Origin: Perkinsus olseni
Lineage: Eukaryota
Assembly: GCA_013115125.1 (NCBI GenBank)
Contig: JABANN010000033.1
Span: forward strand, 1-64,000
Direction: 5' to 3'
Length of the DNA stretch: 64,000 nucleotides
Position 1 is the stretch's first letter; every line of letters starts with the position of its first letter. The notes beneath the pieces were generated by a model. It was not told the DNA's origin. It did no database searches and saw only the letters and a program-made list of their open reading frames with translations. Position numbers and translations under genes: made by a program. This document shows positions 23,659 to 42,492 of the stretch, piece by piece.

Positions 23659-24879
23659 TCAGCGGTAGTCCATCTGAAGCTGCAGTAAGTCACGCTTCAA
23701 CTGTTTCTCGCCCTCGACATCAGAGCCCCAGGACCTTGCCACATAGACTCTGCCGAAGGACCACTCGTCCACTTCGATGGATAGGACTCCCCTCCAGATG
23801 CCCAAATCACACGAGCAGAGTATGGCGCCAGTGAGTAGATCGGCCACTGAGATGCTACGGCCATAGTTACCTCCCAGGCATGCAAGGCGACCCTCGGAGA
23901 AGATTCGACACTCCATCACACATTTCACTGGTAGCATCCGCGCTCTACCCGGGCCCTTGCCAGGCGCTAAGGTACGGACGCAGACACCACCATCCTGATA
24001 CAAACAGCAGTAAATCAGTCGGAGACGGCCTGACCTCGGGGACTGGTAGACGTCGAAGGACCACACTCGCCAGTGTGTCTGTAGTACCTCCTCGCACCGA
24101 CCAGTGCCGCTGTGGATTCGGAAAATGGTATCGCCCACGCCACCCGAAGCGGAACCCTCATCAATCGCGAAGAGGTGTCCTTGCGAGTGCCGTAAGCACC
24201 CCCAACGACGCTTCCGAGCCGAGGAACGGCCCTGCAGCGGCATCTCAGTGGACAGGTTCACGGGGACCTGCCCAGATTGGCCCTGGTGATTAGTCCAGTA
24301 AATTGTATCAGCAGAATTGAAAAAAGCAATGCCTTGGCCGTCAGTGCACACGCCAATAGAGGTCGTCAGCGTCTGGCTGGTGACAGGTCCAAAATACCCA
24401 AAATCACAGAGGACTCTCCGGATCCCAAGATCTACAGGGCTAACAGTCACCACACTACTATTGCAGCGACCAACTAGCGACATACCCTCACCATCGGAGA
24501 GAAGGCATCCACCAAAGGCCCAGACGCCATACGCATCTGACGCATAGGCCTTGAGGCGAAGGCCCACAGGAAGCCTAGGCCTGCTGAGGTACATCCATAT
24601 GGAGTTGAGAAGCTCAGCAGGGGTCTCATGACTATCTAGGCATTTGTCAGCTAGGAGGTCCAACTCCAGTAGCTTATAATGCCGCGTACGGGACCGGGCC
24701 GCGGCGGACGTCCCGGGGCAACAGTTCCGGAGAGCGTCCAGTTCGCTCGGCAGTTCTGGAAGGAACAAAACTGTAAAAAACGAGTAAGGCAACCACGTTA
24801 CGTACGCTTGGCTCCAAACTACCCGAAGCCTATCGACCGCTCGGAGCACAAACCTGACCATTACTCCTTGGTAATACAC
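23659..24879 (-). CDS. Hypothetical protein; F-box-like helix motif followed by a beta-strand-rich region
   Basis: 406-codon uninterrupted ORF containing TPAELLNSIWMYL and repeated beta-propeller-like strands; true start uncertain. Confidence 0.5.
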   Translation of the reverse strand: MYYQGVMVRFVLRAVDRLRVVWSQAYVTWLPYSFFTVLFLPELPSELDALRNCCPGTSAAARSRTRHYKLLELDLLADKCLDSHETPAELLNSIWMYLSRPRLPVGLRLKAYASDAYGVWAFGGCLLSDGEGMSLVGRCNSSVVTVSPVDLGIRRVLCDFGYFGPVTSQTLTTSIGVCTDGQGIAFFNSADTIYWTNHQGQSGQVPVNLSTEMPLQGRSSARKRRWGCLRHSQGHLFAIDEGSASGGVGDTIFRIHSGTGRCEEVLQTHWRVWSFDVYQSPRSGRLRLIYCCLYQDGGVCVRTLAPGKGPGRARMLPVKCVMECRIFSEGRLACLGGNYGRSISVADLLTGAILCSCDLGIWRGVLSIEVDEWSFGRVYVARSWGSDVEGEKQLKRDLLQLQMDYR

Positions 24880-25184
24880 TCATACTCAACAGAGGGGCTC
24901 TTCGAGCTCCATAGGAGACTGCTAGTAGTTGTAGATGACAGTGAGCAGCAGTGGTAGGGGCAGCATTTTCTACGATGAAGGGTCATCAATCAATTTACTA
25001 CCTCATGAAAACCAGGTAGTGTGACCAGCAGTACCATAAGTCAATTCAATTTCTCCCTTCATTCGCGACAACTGGCATGTTACATCATAGCTCAGTGATA
25101 ATACGCTGTATACTGGTCGCGGGCACAAGCTCGCGAGTTAAATTGCAGAATTGGTGAAATATTATAATCATCCAAAAACCCTTA

Positions 25185-27609
25185 TCACAGTACCACTGAG
25201 GTGTCTGAGTTCGCCAACGACTCCTCCGGGCTAGCAGCGGCAGCCTCGGCAGCCGCGGGCGCTCCCTGCCCGACCTCGTACTCGATCCCAGCAGCATGGG
25301 TAGCCGAATACTCGAGCCACGGGAACTCCCAGCGATCAGGCATGCCCCAGTGGGCAACACTCTCGCCAGTATAGGTGGTCCATTGGAAGGGGTCTGTCCC
25401 TTGACCAAAGGCTGGGGCGCTGACCATCAGCACTCGGCTATCCTGTTCTAGTAGGGAAGAGCTGGTAACCTTGCAGTCGATAGCACCATAAGCCTTAACT
25501 GGACCACATGCTTGGTAGTCACTGTCACTTCTAGGTTGATACGGTAGGTCGTATCTGATGACGAAGCTGTCGGCTCAGCGCAGCAGGGGTAAGCTAACTC
25601 AAAGTAAGGATGCATCAAGTCCACAAGGAGAGCGCGAATCCTCACGATGGCGAAGAGTGTCTATCACGCTTACGACTACCCTCAGAAGCCTACCTGCCGG
25701 CAATAGCGTTTTTGGGGCAGTTCTCGGAGAGAGGGTCGGTCTTCCAATGGTTCGAAGTCATAATTCTCATCATGCTTTCAGTATCATTGACCATGCCCTG
25801 CCACTCGCGGAAGAGGCGAGCACGAGGGCAGTCATCGTACTGGTACCACTGACCGTGTTCCAATGCAGCCCGTGTGTAACCGCCAACCTGCAGCAGCAGC
25901 AACAACAAGCTGGGAACACTGCGCTCAAGTGCCTCTACTACGTCTTGTATGTTCTTGAAGTACGGCCTGTTGTAGCTTGCCCAGTAGCCCTTCTCCTCGA
26001 GTTTGGCGGTCATATCCTTGGCAACGATGAGGCCGGGCATTTGCTCGACGAGCCAGAAGGTCCCATCAGCCATCGGGCCGACCCTCCTGCCGTCGTTCCA
26101 TCGACGGAATTGATTGAAGTCAACTATCATCCACTGGTTATTATACGTACCGCTATTATGACGCGAGAAGGTGCTGTACCTGAGAACCGTAATCAGAGGG
26201 TACCGCAAATTTCCCAACTTACCAGTCCCGTCCGCCGGCGGCCATTAGAGTGGCAACAACGCTACGTATAACCGTAGTTACACTTAAGGGTCGGACCTTC
26301 TTCTGCAGTAGCCTGACGGACACAGACTCTGTTGTGGTCTCTGTGATGGCCAGCTGGGTATCATGAGTCTGAAGGCCAAAGGCGTAAGGGAGGGGAAGGC
26401 GATACCCGCCACCCTCTCACGATAAGCCAGTCGTCAGTAGAACTGAAGTAGCCTGGGTAGCTGCTCATGGACAGATGCCTGCTTCTAATGGAAGAGTGTT
26501 GTACGTGAGGGAAGGAGAAGGACTTGTACACCCGCAGCATCTCCGTGTACGTCGTCCAAGTATTGTGGGATACCTACGCCACAATCTCGCAAGGCGCCCC
26601 CACCCTCGGTGGTATTACAATGAGATCATCGTGCGTTAATTTAATTAATGCACTGCATTTTGTCTCCTCGGCCATGGGGTATCTTGAGATCCTCAAAGGG
26701 TCCTCCTTCTGCACCTCGGTAGTCACAGCAGACTCGATCTCCCCAATCTCCGAGTTAGAGTTCAGCTCGTAAAGCACCAGGAACGTCACCGGCATATACG
26801 CCCAGGACCTGAGGGCATCACCGCTGCGTCCCCCGAGATGGCTGCGAGTGCCCTGACTACTCATAGCCGACTTCCTTGTCCCGTATGGCATGCTGCTGCC
26901 GACGGACTAGGCCCTCCATCATACCATCCAATCGAGCCAACTGCATCCTTACGTTGAACCAGAACGGGTCATCCCCATGCTTTTCAGCGGCCTGAGGAAG
27001 CAACACCACAAGACTACACTGCGCCTCCTGCAGACCGCCTACCTGCTCTCTCATGAACATATACTGGGAGTTAAGAAAGGTGTAAGCCCGCGGGTCCCTT
27101 CTCGGCTTGGACCATATCATGTTATACATGTGCTGTATGACACGCCGACAGGTGAGGTACCTGTATCGCAGACAGTACACTACCCGTCACGTTGGGCTGG
27201 TGTTGCTGACCCTTCGACGAGACCCATGGCATAGAAGTAGTCTCGGTCTGTTGCTCCTGGATGGTGGTTCGTGCTGATCACTAGACGGCCAGTTCCCGTC
27301 GTTTCCTGAGGAAGGAGGGTGGGTTTTGAGGAGTCGTGCCGAATAGCACCCCACCTGTGTGTCCATCCACGTCGCGTTAACGAGCCCGGCCTGTAAATCA
27401 CGCGCTCCGTTAGTTGCCAGCTCGATACTACCGTCGGCCAGACTTCTACGCTTGACAGAGAAAAGGTCGGGCTGATGATGATCTCCCGTTCCAGGTGGGT
27501 GGTTTGCCTCTAATGAGACGAGTGCGATCGAGGAGTCCTCGATGAGAGGTGGCGGGGCCTCACTGGCGCAAAGGAAGAGAAGTGACGCGAGTGAGTGGAA
27601 GAGCCGCAT
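25185..27609 (-). CDS. Phospholipase B-like protein (PLBD family, Ntn-hydrolase), multi-exon
   Basis: Signal peptide MRLFHSLASLLFLC; KCSALIKL nucleophile motif; SSYPGYFSSTDDW, NSGTYNNQWMIVD, EQMPG, YWASYNRPYF, HWGMPDRWEF. Confidence 0.9.
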
Positions 27610-28360
27610 TGGAGAGGTAGAGGGCAACTCAGAATATAAATATCATCAGCAGGGACGGATGGGCTATACTGTAGGGTGTCTGCGAGCGTCGGATAGAGGC
27701 TTCGAGCTGCTATACGGTATAGTAGGCCTCGTACCACTAGCGGCCTCTCCCGTATAGCGGATGGCCATCACTACAGCGGAGTACAGTGGTCACGGTATGA
27801 TGCTGAGTAGAATAGTTGTTGGAAGAAAGCCTATCGTGTCAGTAAGGCATTTCGAACCTCCCAAGGCGTAAAGAGCTCACCGCCCAGACTTGCCAACAGG
27901 CAACAATCATCCGAGATACCGCCTGCAATGAATACAGTATACCCGAGCCGATAAGCAACGTTGCTGATCGGTCGCAGGTCGACTGGCGTGCGCGATATTT
28001 CGTGGCGCACCTCTCCACGTCTCGAGAACGACCGCGAGTCACCTCACAAGAACAACCTTCGCGGCTTATCGGGTCATTATCATTAATTTCATCAGCACCA
28101 GACTGCGCTGTTCTCGCCAGGGCGATTCCACATCCAGCAAATAATGCCATCAGCTGCCCCGTCCTTCGTTGATTGCGTTCGATGGGCCGATCGTAGGCTC
28201 CCATCCATGCACTGTTCGAGCACTCTCTTATTCACTTACTGTAACTCGCCCACGGAAGATGTTCTTTGGTCGTTGAGTCTCTGTAGTGACAGTGGTAGAA
28301 GGCATCGGTACCACTAGTCTCTCTCCGGCAGTCAATTTAATTCGATCGTACCCCTTCGTA

Positions 28361-29290
28361 ATGAAGCGCTCTACGGACCCTGTCTCGGCCGATGCGGTTT
28401 CACCTGAGAAGAAAGCTCGAGGCGACGAACCAGAGCCAGCTGACGACGGGCATGCTGGTAATAACAACGTGAAAGAGGATGGCCGCGCTAGCGCTGTGTT
28501 GAACCACTCGCATTTCGTGGCGCCTGGATTTGTAGCATGGCCGTGCCGGAAGGGGCTTTGATGGCGTTAGGCCTTTTCGCTGTTAGATACCATCGGTGCC
28601 TTGTTCGTGGAAGACGCCGAAGGGTCTCTACCGGTGCAGTCAGAAGCTTCTCCTGCTACTGAGGAGAGCCCTTCTCAAGCCCGACCGGCCTCGGCAGTAT
28701 CTTCACAACCGTCCTCTCCAGAACAGGAGCCCTTGGATTTCCATGAGCCAGCGCCAGTATGCCACTTCTTCGCCAAAGGTGAGCTTCGAGCTAAGATTCT
28801 CGGCTCCAAAGTTGCATGAGCAGGTATGTGCCGCAACGGCACTTCCTGTCCCTTCCGACACGACCCCAAGAGAATAGTGTGCACTTACTTTCTACACGGC
28901 AACTGTCGCAATGGCACCTCTTGTCGGTTCTCCCATGAGTTGCCCGGCGCGAAGGACTCTGTGGCAGAGGAAGCTCCCGATGGGCCTCCGCCCGATGTAT
29001 GCAAGTAGGTGATGCAGCAAGGATTGGGTGACATCATCCGACCTCTTAGATTCTTCTGGCACGGTAATTGTCGAGCTGGAAGCAGTTGCCGATGGCGACA
29101 TGTTAAGGCCCCCTCTGCGCTCTCGGCGGCACCGCGGCCCAACCTACCTGCGAAATCGGATCCGTCCGTTTCCGAGCGTGCCAAGGCGTTGCTACAGCGG
29201 CACTCTATTTCTCGTATAGCACACGAGAGTGGGGCCTCGGAGGTGGTAGTGAAAGCTCGGGGTGCGGCTAGTAAACCGGTACAGCGATAA
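28361..29290 (+). CDS. CCCH zinc-finger protein with three C-x8-C-x5-C-x3-H fingers; 3' end uncertain
   Basis: CHFFAKGMCRNGTSCPFRH, CTYFLHGNCRNGTSCRFSH, CKFFWHGNCRAGSSCRWRH after splicing. Confidence 0.75.
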
Positions 29291-29491
29291 CGTTATTCTC
29301 ACCTCTATCATTGAATGTTTCGACGATGTATTATGCCTTCGATGAGTGCGCTGTGTTGGACGCTGGGGAGAGACACATGCGTGAGGACCAGTGCTCCACC
29401 CCAGTGAAAAGGTCTGGTGGAGGGCGGTATCTTGGAGTTTGCAGTATGGCGGGGTCCATGAGGGCATGTGAGTTGAATGTAGTTATTGTAA

Positions 29492-31221
29492 ATGGGCAAT
29501 CACTTCTGCAGTAAGGGAAAGCCGGACTCAGAGGCAGATCCCCCACCGCCACCGGAGAGCAGCCAGCACGTAATGTCTCCTACTCCAGACCCTTCGGTAG
29601 TGAGCTCCTTGCAGTTGGGCGTACCATCAACGCTGTCGGATACGGTAGCAGCAACCGCTGGAACGTCCCTTCCTCCGGCCCCGGTGACGATAGAGGTCGG
29701 CAGTCCGATAAGCGAGCGCGACTCTTCCCCATCAGCGAGAGGTGTGGTCGATGACGAGGAGGTGAGCTGCTAGTGCTAGCTCGTGTCCAGAGGCTCATGT
29801 TGGTTATGTTCAGGAGGAAGAGCATAGAATTACGGTACAGAAGTCGGCTGGGCGGCGCGCTGGAGTGTCGGCAGAGGCCTGTACGGTAGAGCGGATGGAC
29901 AGCTGGCGTGCCCCTGAGTATCACAAGACGGCCAAGGAGGTCGAGGCTATCAAGAGCATACTGGCATCGAGCGAGAATGACAAACGACAGGTGATGATGG
30001 TGACACGGTGGGGGTGTGGGTAGGTGGCATTGTTTGAAGATTCTCTTTGGCCACCTTCGTGATCGTGAAATGGAGAAGGTCATCCTTGCCATGCGCAGGA
30101 AGGATGTCACTAAAGGCGAGAGCGTCATTCGGCAGGTCGGTAGCTAGTGTGGACCCAACGCTCATATTCATCAATGGTCTCGTTCAGGGTGACTTCGGCG
30201 ATGCCTTCTATATTGTCGAAGAAGGCACGTTCGACATCTTTGTTAAACGAGGGGATAAGGAGCCAGTGAAGGTGATGGTCTCTATCCCTGCTATACTTGG
30301 TGAGTTGATTTCATGACCAGGTCATGGAGTGCGGCCCGGGATCGTCCTTCGGCGAGCTAGCGCTGATGTACAACGCCCCTCGGGCTGCTACTGTGACAGC
30401 GACTTCAGATGCTAAGCTATGGTAGGAAGGGGCCTCTTGTTGGTAGCGTATTGCCGGTGATAGGGGCTTGGATAGAGACTGTTTCCAACTGATGGTTGTC
30501 ACAAGCGAGAACACGAAGAAGAAGGAGTACGAGGCCTTCCTTGAGAAGGTCCCAATACTGGCCGACCTGAACAAGTAGAAGAACACAGGGGCCGCGAAGG
30601 GCTAGCGTGAGGTACGATGTTGCAGGTACGAGCTCTCCCAGCTATCGGATATGCTGACCTCTGAAGTGTTCAAGAGTGGCGAGGTCATTGTGGAGCAAGG
30701 AGACGTATCAGGAGACAAGTGATAAGCGGATTTGTGGAGGGCTGTTCGCGGATTGATCGTGACTTTGTAGGTTCTATATTCTGGAGGGCGGCGAGTGCAA
30801 TGCTTACATGTCCGGGCAAGAAGGTGAAGTTGAGGTAGTCGATCCGATGGCTGGTCTTCCTCCTCTGTAGTAGCTCTTCAACTCATGCTAGGTCAAGCGG
30901 TATACGACCCCTGGGGAGTACTTCGGAGAGATCGCTCTGCTCAAGCCCGGGGAGCCACGGAAGGCAACCATCAAAGCTGGCGCAGCAGGATGTCATGTAG
31001 GGGCTTAGTAAAGGGCGGATTCAAGCAGCTGCTGTTGATAGGTCCTGTCTGTCGGGCGAGAGGACTTCAACCGTGTGCTTGGTCCGATTACGGATGTCCT
31101 GAGGAAGAATGCAAGCAAGTACCCCTCTTACAAGGACTTCCTCACCGTCGATGACGACCACCCTGCTGCCGCTGCTGCTGTTGATAGTACCGATGACCAG
31201 TTGGCTGGTTCTCGGATATGA
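29492..31221 (+). CDS. PKAR: cAMP-dependent protein kinase regulatory subunit, multi-exon
   Basis: N-terminus MGNHFCSK; inhibitor site RRAGVSAE; two cNMP-binding cassettes [16 protein letters not shown] and [17 protein letters not shown]. Confidence 0.92.
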
Positions 31222-31610
31222 TTTTCCCTGCTTCAATGCCCAATGATGAGGCCCCCTCCTCGTTGCTTGCGTGTTCCACCGCGGCCTGTATATTTTATGG
31301 TTTTCCCTTTCCGCTCACCTTTTTGTCAATACTATCTTGATGGTCGCGAAGCTTGGAATTACGGCCTTCGCCGCCCTGCGTTCTGCGGTGGCTCGAGTTG
31401 GCATTGGGAGCAGCACTACGTCAAATATTGGTATTAGTTTAATAATCGACCAGTAGAAGATCTCACGTTACACTTGCTGTGGCCTTGTGCTCTAACCTTC
31501 ATTATCTTTTTATTAATGCTAAATTCACCGCAGGGAGCTGCTTGCGTTGGGGGGTCCTCGATGGGGGCTGGTGTGGAGCACCGTTGTAGCTTCTTCCGCC
31601 AGTGAGGGTC

Positions 31611-34600
31611 ATGTCTCGCTCTCGCTCCCGCACTCCCGCCAGTAGTGGCAGGTCGGCGTCTAGATCCTCTTCCAGGTCTAGGTCGAAGTCTAGGTAATAT
31701 TTATATTTGCCTCAACTCCCGCTGCTAACTGATGGGGGCGCTCTTCAGGTCAAGCTCGGTGTCCTCTGCGGCTTCGGACCCTGGAGCGGAAGGCCTGTCG
31801 GTGATCAAAGTCCAGTCTGACGAGGCAGCATTGGTACTTGGTCGTGGAGGAAGCACTAAGCGGAAGTTGGAGAACGCTGCTGACTGCGATATCGAACTCG
31901 TCAACACCGGTAGGACGGAGTGTGTTCGCTTCGCTCCGCTTTTTATATGTCGCCGTTTTGTCAGAAAACGGTGATTCTAATGTGGAACTCCGCGGACCGG
32001 CTCGCAATCGAGAGCTGGGTCGCGACTATATCTGCTTCCTTCTTCTTAATAAGAAGAACGAGCCGCTCAAGTTGAACCCCGAAGACCGTGAGGACTGCAG
32101 CTGGATCGATGTAGTTCACGCAGGCTCGAGCAGAACGAGCGTACCCTGCTTTTCTCAGGTCCCTCAGGATACCATCGGTTATGTGACGGGTCGTGAGAGG
32201 TCGACCCTCCATGCTCTTGAGGAGGAGACTGAGACGCTGATGTTCTTCCAAGGTAGTTCAGAAACAGAGTGCAGCTGACGAGGACGTTGTTTTTTGGTAG
32301 ACAAGGACATCGGGGGATCGGGTCCTCGAGTTAGAGGCCAACAAGATGAGATAGAGAAGCTCATCATACTTGGACCTACGCGTGGCAGGCGCATCGCCCA
32401 GTTGAAAGTAAGGGGAACGCGGCCTTCTTGTGTATGGTCTCTGCCGTCGTGTCATTTTCTCGTCTGATTTGATGTAGGTCGTTTTGGATGTCATTATCGC
32501 TGTTTGTTGTCAGTTGATGTCAGCCATCGAGTCCAAGTCCCCTGGCTTCTTCCTCGACCATCGCAACAGATGGAATCTGGATGACACTTACGGAGGAAAG
32601 CTGGGCCTGACAACGGTGAAGATGTAGGGGAGATGCACTCGATGTGCTTAAGGCATTTGGCTTTCCTTTACAGGACAGAGGCACAGTTCACTTATGCTCT
32701 GGGAAGGCGCGGTGCAACTCGGAAGAAGTTGGAGAGGGCGAGTGGAGCGATAATTGAGTAGGTTCGGGTACGTCACTAGGATGGGGATGAAGGCACGAAA
32801 GCCGCTGGAAGAGTGGTGGCTGCTGCCATCGCGCGCGCCATCTTGATCGATTTGTCCGTCAGTGGAGTCTAAGTCGATCGGTGATTTAAAACGTGCACTG
32901 GAAATTGGAGAGGAATGAATCGGGAGATGGCGATGGCCGAAGCAGACAGGAGTTCGCTGATGATGGAAGAGATGCTCTGTCGCGAAGAGAACCTGATCAA
33001 TCCGAAAAGCTGAACATGAAGCAGCCCTTTGGCTCCGCGTCGTGGTCGTCGTGAAGAACTGTCGAGAAAAGGAGTAGTCCAAGAAATGAGGAGGGGCTCA
33101 TGATGAAATGATCGATCATCACCACTATCCTCACCGAAAATGGGAAAGCTTTTGAAGGAGAAGGTGCGACAGTAAAATATCTCCCGTCTTAGCGGAGCGA
33201 CGCAGGGGAATTTCAGAGAGGAGCACCTAGTGGTTATCAGTCGAAGAGCGAAACAGATGTCCTCATTCCTCAGGTATATCGGATACACCGCGTTCATATC
33301 CGGTACCAAGACCGAGAGGCGTCGAGGCAGAGACTACCTTAACTTCCTGCTGGATCAAAGGGAAGGAGAGGTGGGAGTGTGGACGATATTCGGCATCGTC
33401 CCTAGTCGTGGTTCAGGTGAACGTTAATTTGGACGGCCGTGAGGATGTGACGGCGGTTGAGACCCCGGAGGAGTATATCGGCTTCATCACGGGTCATAAG
33501 GGCAGCGAGCTTCGATCTATCGAGGAGCGTACCGGCACCTTCTGCTTCGTGGATGGTTGTGACCAGAGCTTCGTGAGAGACGACGGCCCCTGGTGGGGTA
33601 AGGGGAAGGGGTGGGGCAAAGGCAAGGGGAAGGGCTACTCGAGCTGGCGTGACGATAGAGAGAGAGCTCGTCGGCGCCCGAGGGATGGGCCTCCTCCGAG
33701 ACTGTTGATATTCTGTTATGACTCGAGGAGAAGGGATGACGCAGAGGAGATGGTTAGGGATAGGATTCATAGGAAGATCGAACAGGATAAGGAAAGGGGT
33801 AATACTATTGATTGGCTTCGTCTGCTAGGAAGGTGTCTTTCGTAGGTAAGGGCGGCTTACAACGCCCCTTCTTGAATCGTCACAGCAACCCTGAGATCGA
33901 GACGAAGCGTCGCGAGCGCTTGGGTCTGCCGTCCATCGAGGAAGAGGATGCTATGCTAGCCAAGCAGAAGGCTGAGCAGGAGGCTAAGGAGCGCGAACGA
34001 AAGGAGGCTAGAGAACAGCGAGAGGCGGCCGCGCGCAGATCTAGGAGCGGCTCTAGACGTCGATCTCGCTCGCCCGATGACAGATCTCCTGGGGAGCGCA
34101 AGAGGAGGCGTTCTAGATCGGAGAGTGGCAGACGATCCAGGTCGGGCAGTCGCAGGCGGTCGGTGTCGCGCAGTGGAGGAAGAAGGAGCGACAGGTCTCT
34201 GTCTCGCCGAAGATCTCCTCGTGAAGGGCGTGAAGATGACAGAGGACGTAGTCCCCTGTCGGTCGATAGAGAGAGTCCGAAGCCGAGGTCGCCGAGGGCT
34301 GAAGATTCGCCTGCTAAGAACGGGAAGGCGCCTCCTTCCGACGGTGGTGACGTAGAGCCAATGTCCCCTCCGAAGAAATCTCGTGAGAGGTCAGCCAGTC
34401 CAGTGGACGAGCGCAGATCGATTCGCCGCCGGAGTGTCTCCAGAAGCGGAGATAGGAGACGTAGTCGATCGAGATCGGAGTCAGAGCGCAGGTCCAGCAG
34501 GAGGAGAGGATCGAGCCCGAGGGACCGCCGTGGCAGGTAGTAGAGGCTCTCAAGCTTGTGATGCCTAGAAGTCTTCCTCGTAGCGTCATTCTCTCTCGTG

Positions 34601-34765
34601 TTGGCGACAGGCTGAAGTCGATAGCAGTTTTATGTGCTTGCTTTCAGGGATCATCGTTCCCGCAGTCGTGAGGGTCGTTACCGTCGTCCCCGCTCGTCAT
34701 CTCGCGATCGCTCTCGTCGTTCGAGGCGGGACAGAAGTGATTCAAGAGACCGCAGTAGGAGATAA
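31611..34765 (+). CDS. RNA-binding protein with four KH domains and RS-rich termini, multi-exon
   Basis: KH loops VLGRGGSTKRKLE, VTGRERSTLHALE, ALGRRGATRKKLE, ITGHKGSELRSIE; MSRSRSR start and long RS-dipeptide tail. Confidence 0.85.
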
Positions 34766-35158
34766 AGGCTGAGTGCACTCGAAGGCTGCATCTGAACAGA
34801 ACTGTCGTCTACTTCCCACCTGTTTTTGATATCTCCCTTATTAACGTAATGATAGGAACTAGTATGATGCCCTCCCGAAGGAGGGCGTGCAGATGGTTAT
34901 GGTCGTTTGAGTAGCATTATTTGAGGAGTATGATCTCTATGATCGATGAGCCTTAACTAGATCTAGTCAATGTTAGTGGTCTCATGTCTGCCTTGAGTTC
35001 AGTCAATGTCAATACGTGTAATAGAGTACCGTTTAGGACCGGCTCCCACGTCCTAGGTGTTTCGCTACGTTACCATCAGTGCCGCTGACGTTGTTGGTGC
35101 CACACTCAAGGGGACAGCCTTGGTAGAGTCCGTGTTTGCTTCAGTTGACCTGTCCACT

Positions 35159-42204
<7,046 letters not shown>

Positions 42205-42492
42205 ACGTCGTCCTCCCTGGATGGTGACGTAGTATATTAGTTGCTATCTACGCTCGTATCAGCTTTACGCAATTCTGATTCACAGTGTAGCTCTTAGTTT
42301 TTTTATGTTTATCATGTTTCCTGAAAACAGAAGGGCTAAGTGTTGACCTCGATGTATCGACGGCAACGACTGATCGGTAAAATGCGATGCCTACAAGAGA
42401 CGACGTCTCTAAGCTGTGGCTTGAGGTGTAAACCGTGCGGTACCATTCTGCAAGATATGCTTTCGAAATATTATTAGTTTTGATTTCCTCTC

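Noticed and set aside
27839-28204. 121-codon minus-strand ORF in the divergent gap
   Set aside because: No motifs; more likely promoter/UTR between divergent gene blocks.
28361-31221. Possible CCCH-PKA regulatory subunit fusion
   Set aside because: PKAr has its own ATG at 29492 with an acylation-type N-terminus, and no convincing in-frame splice path links the two.
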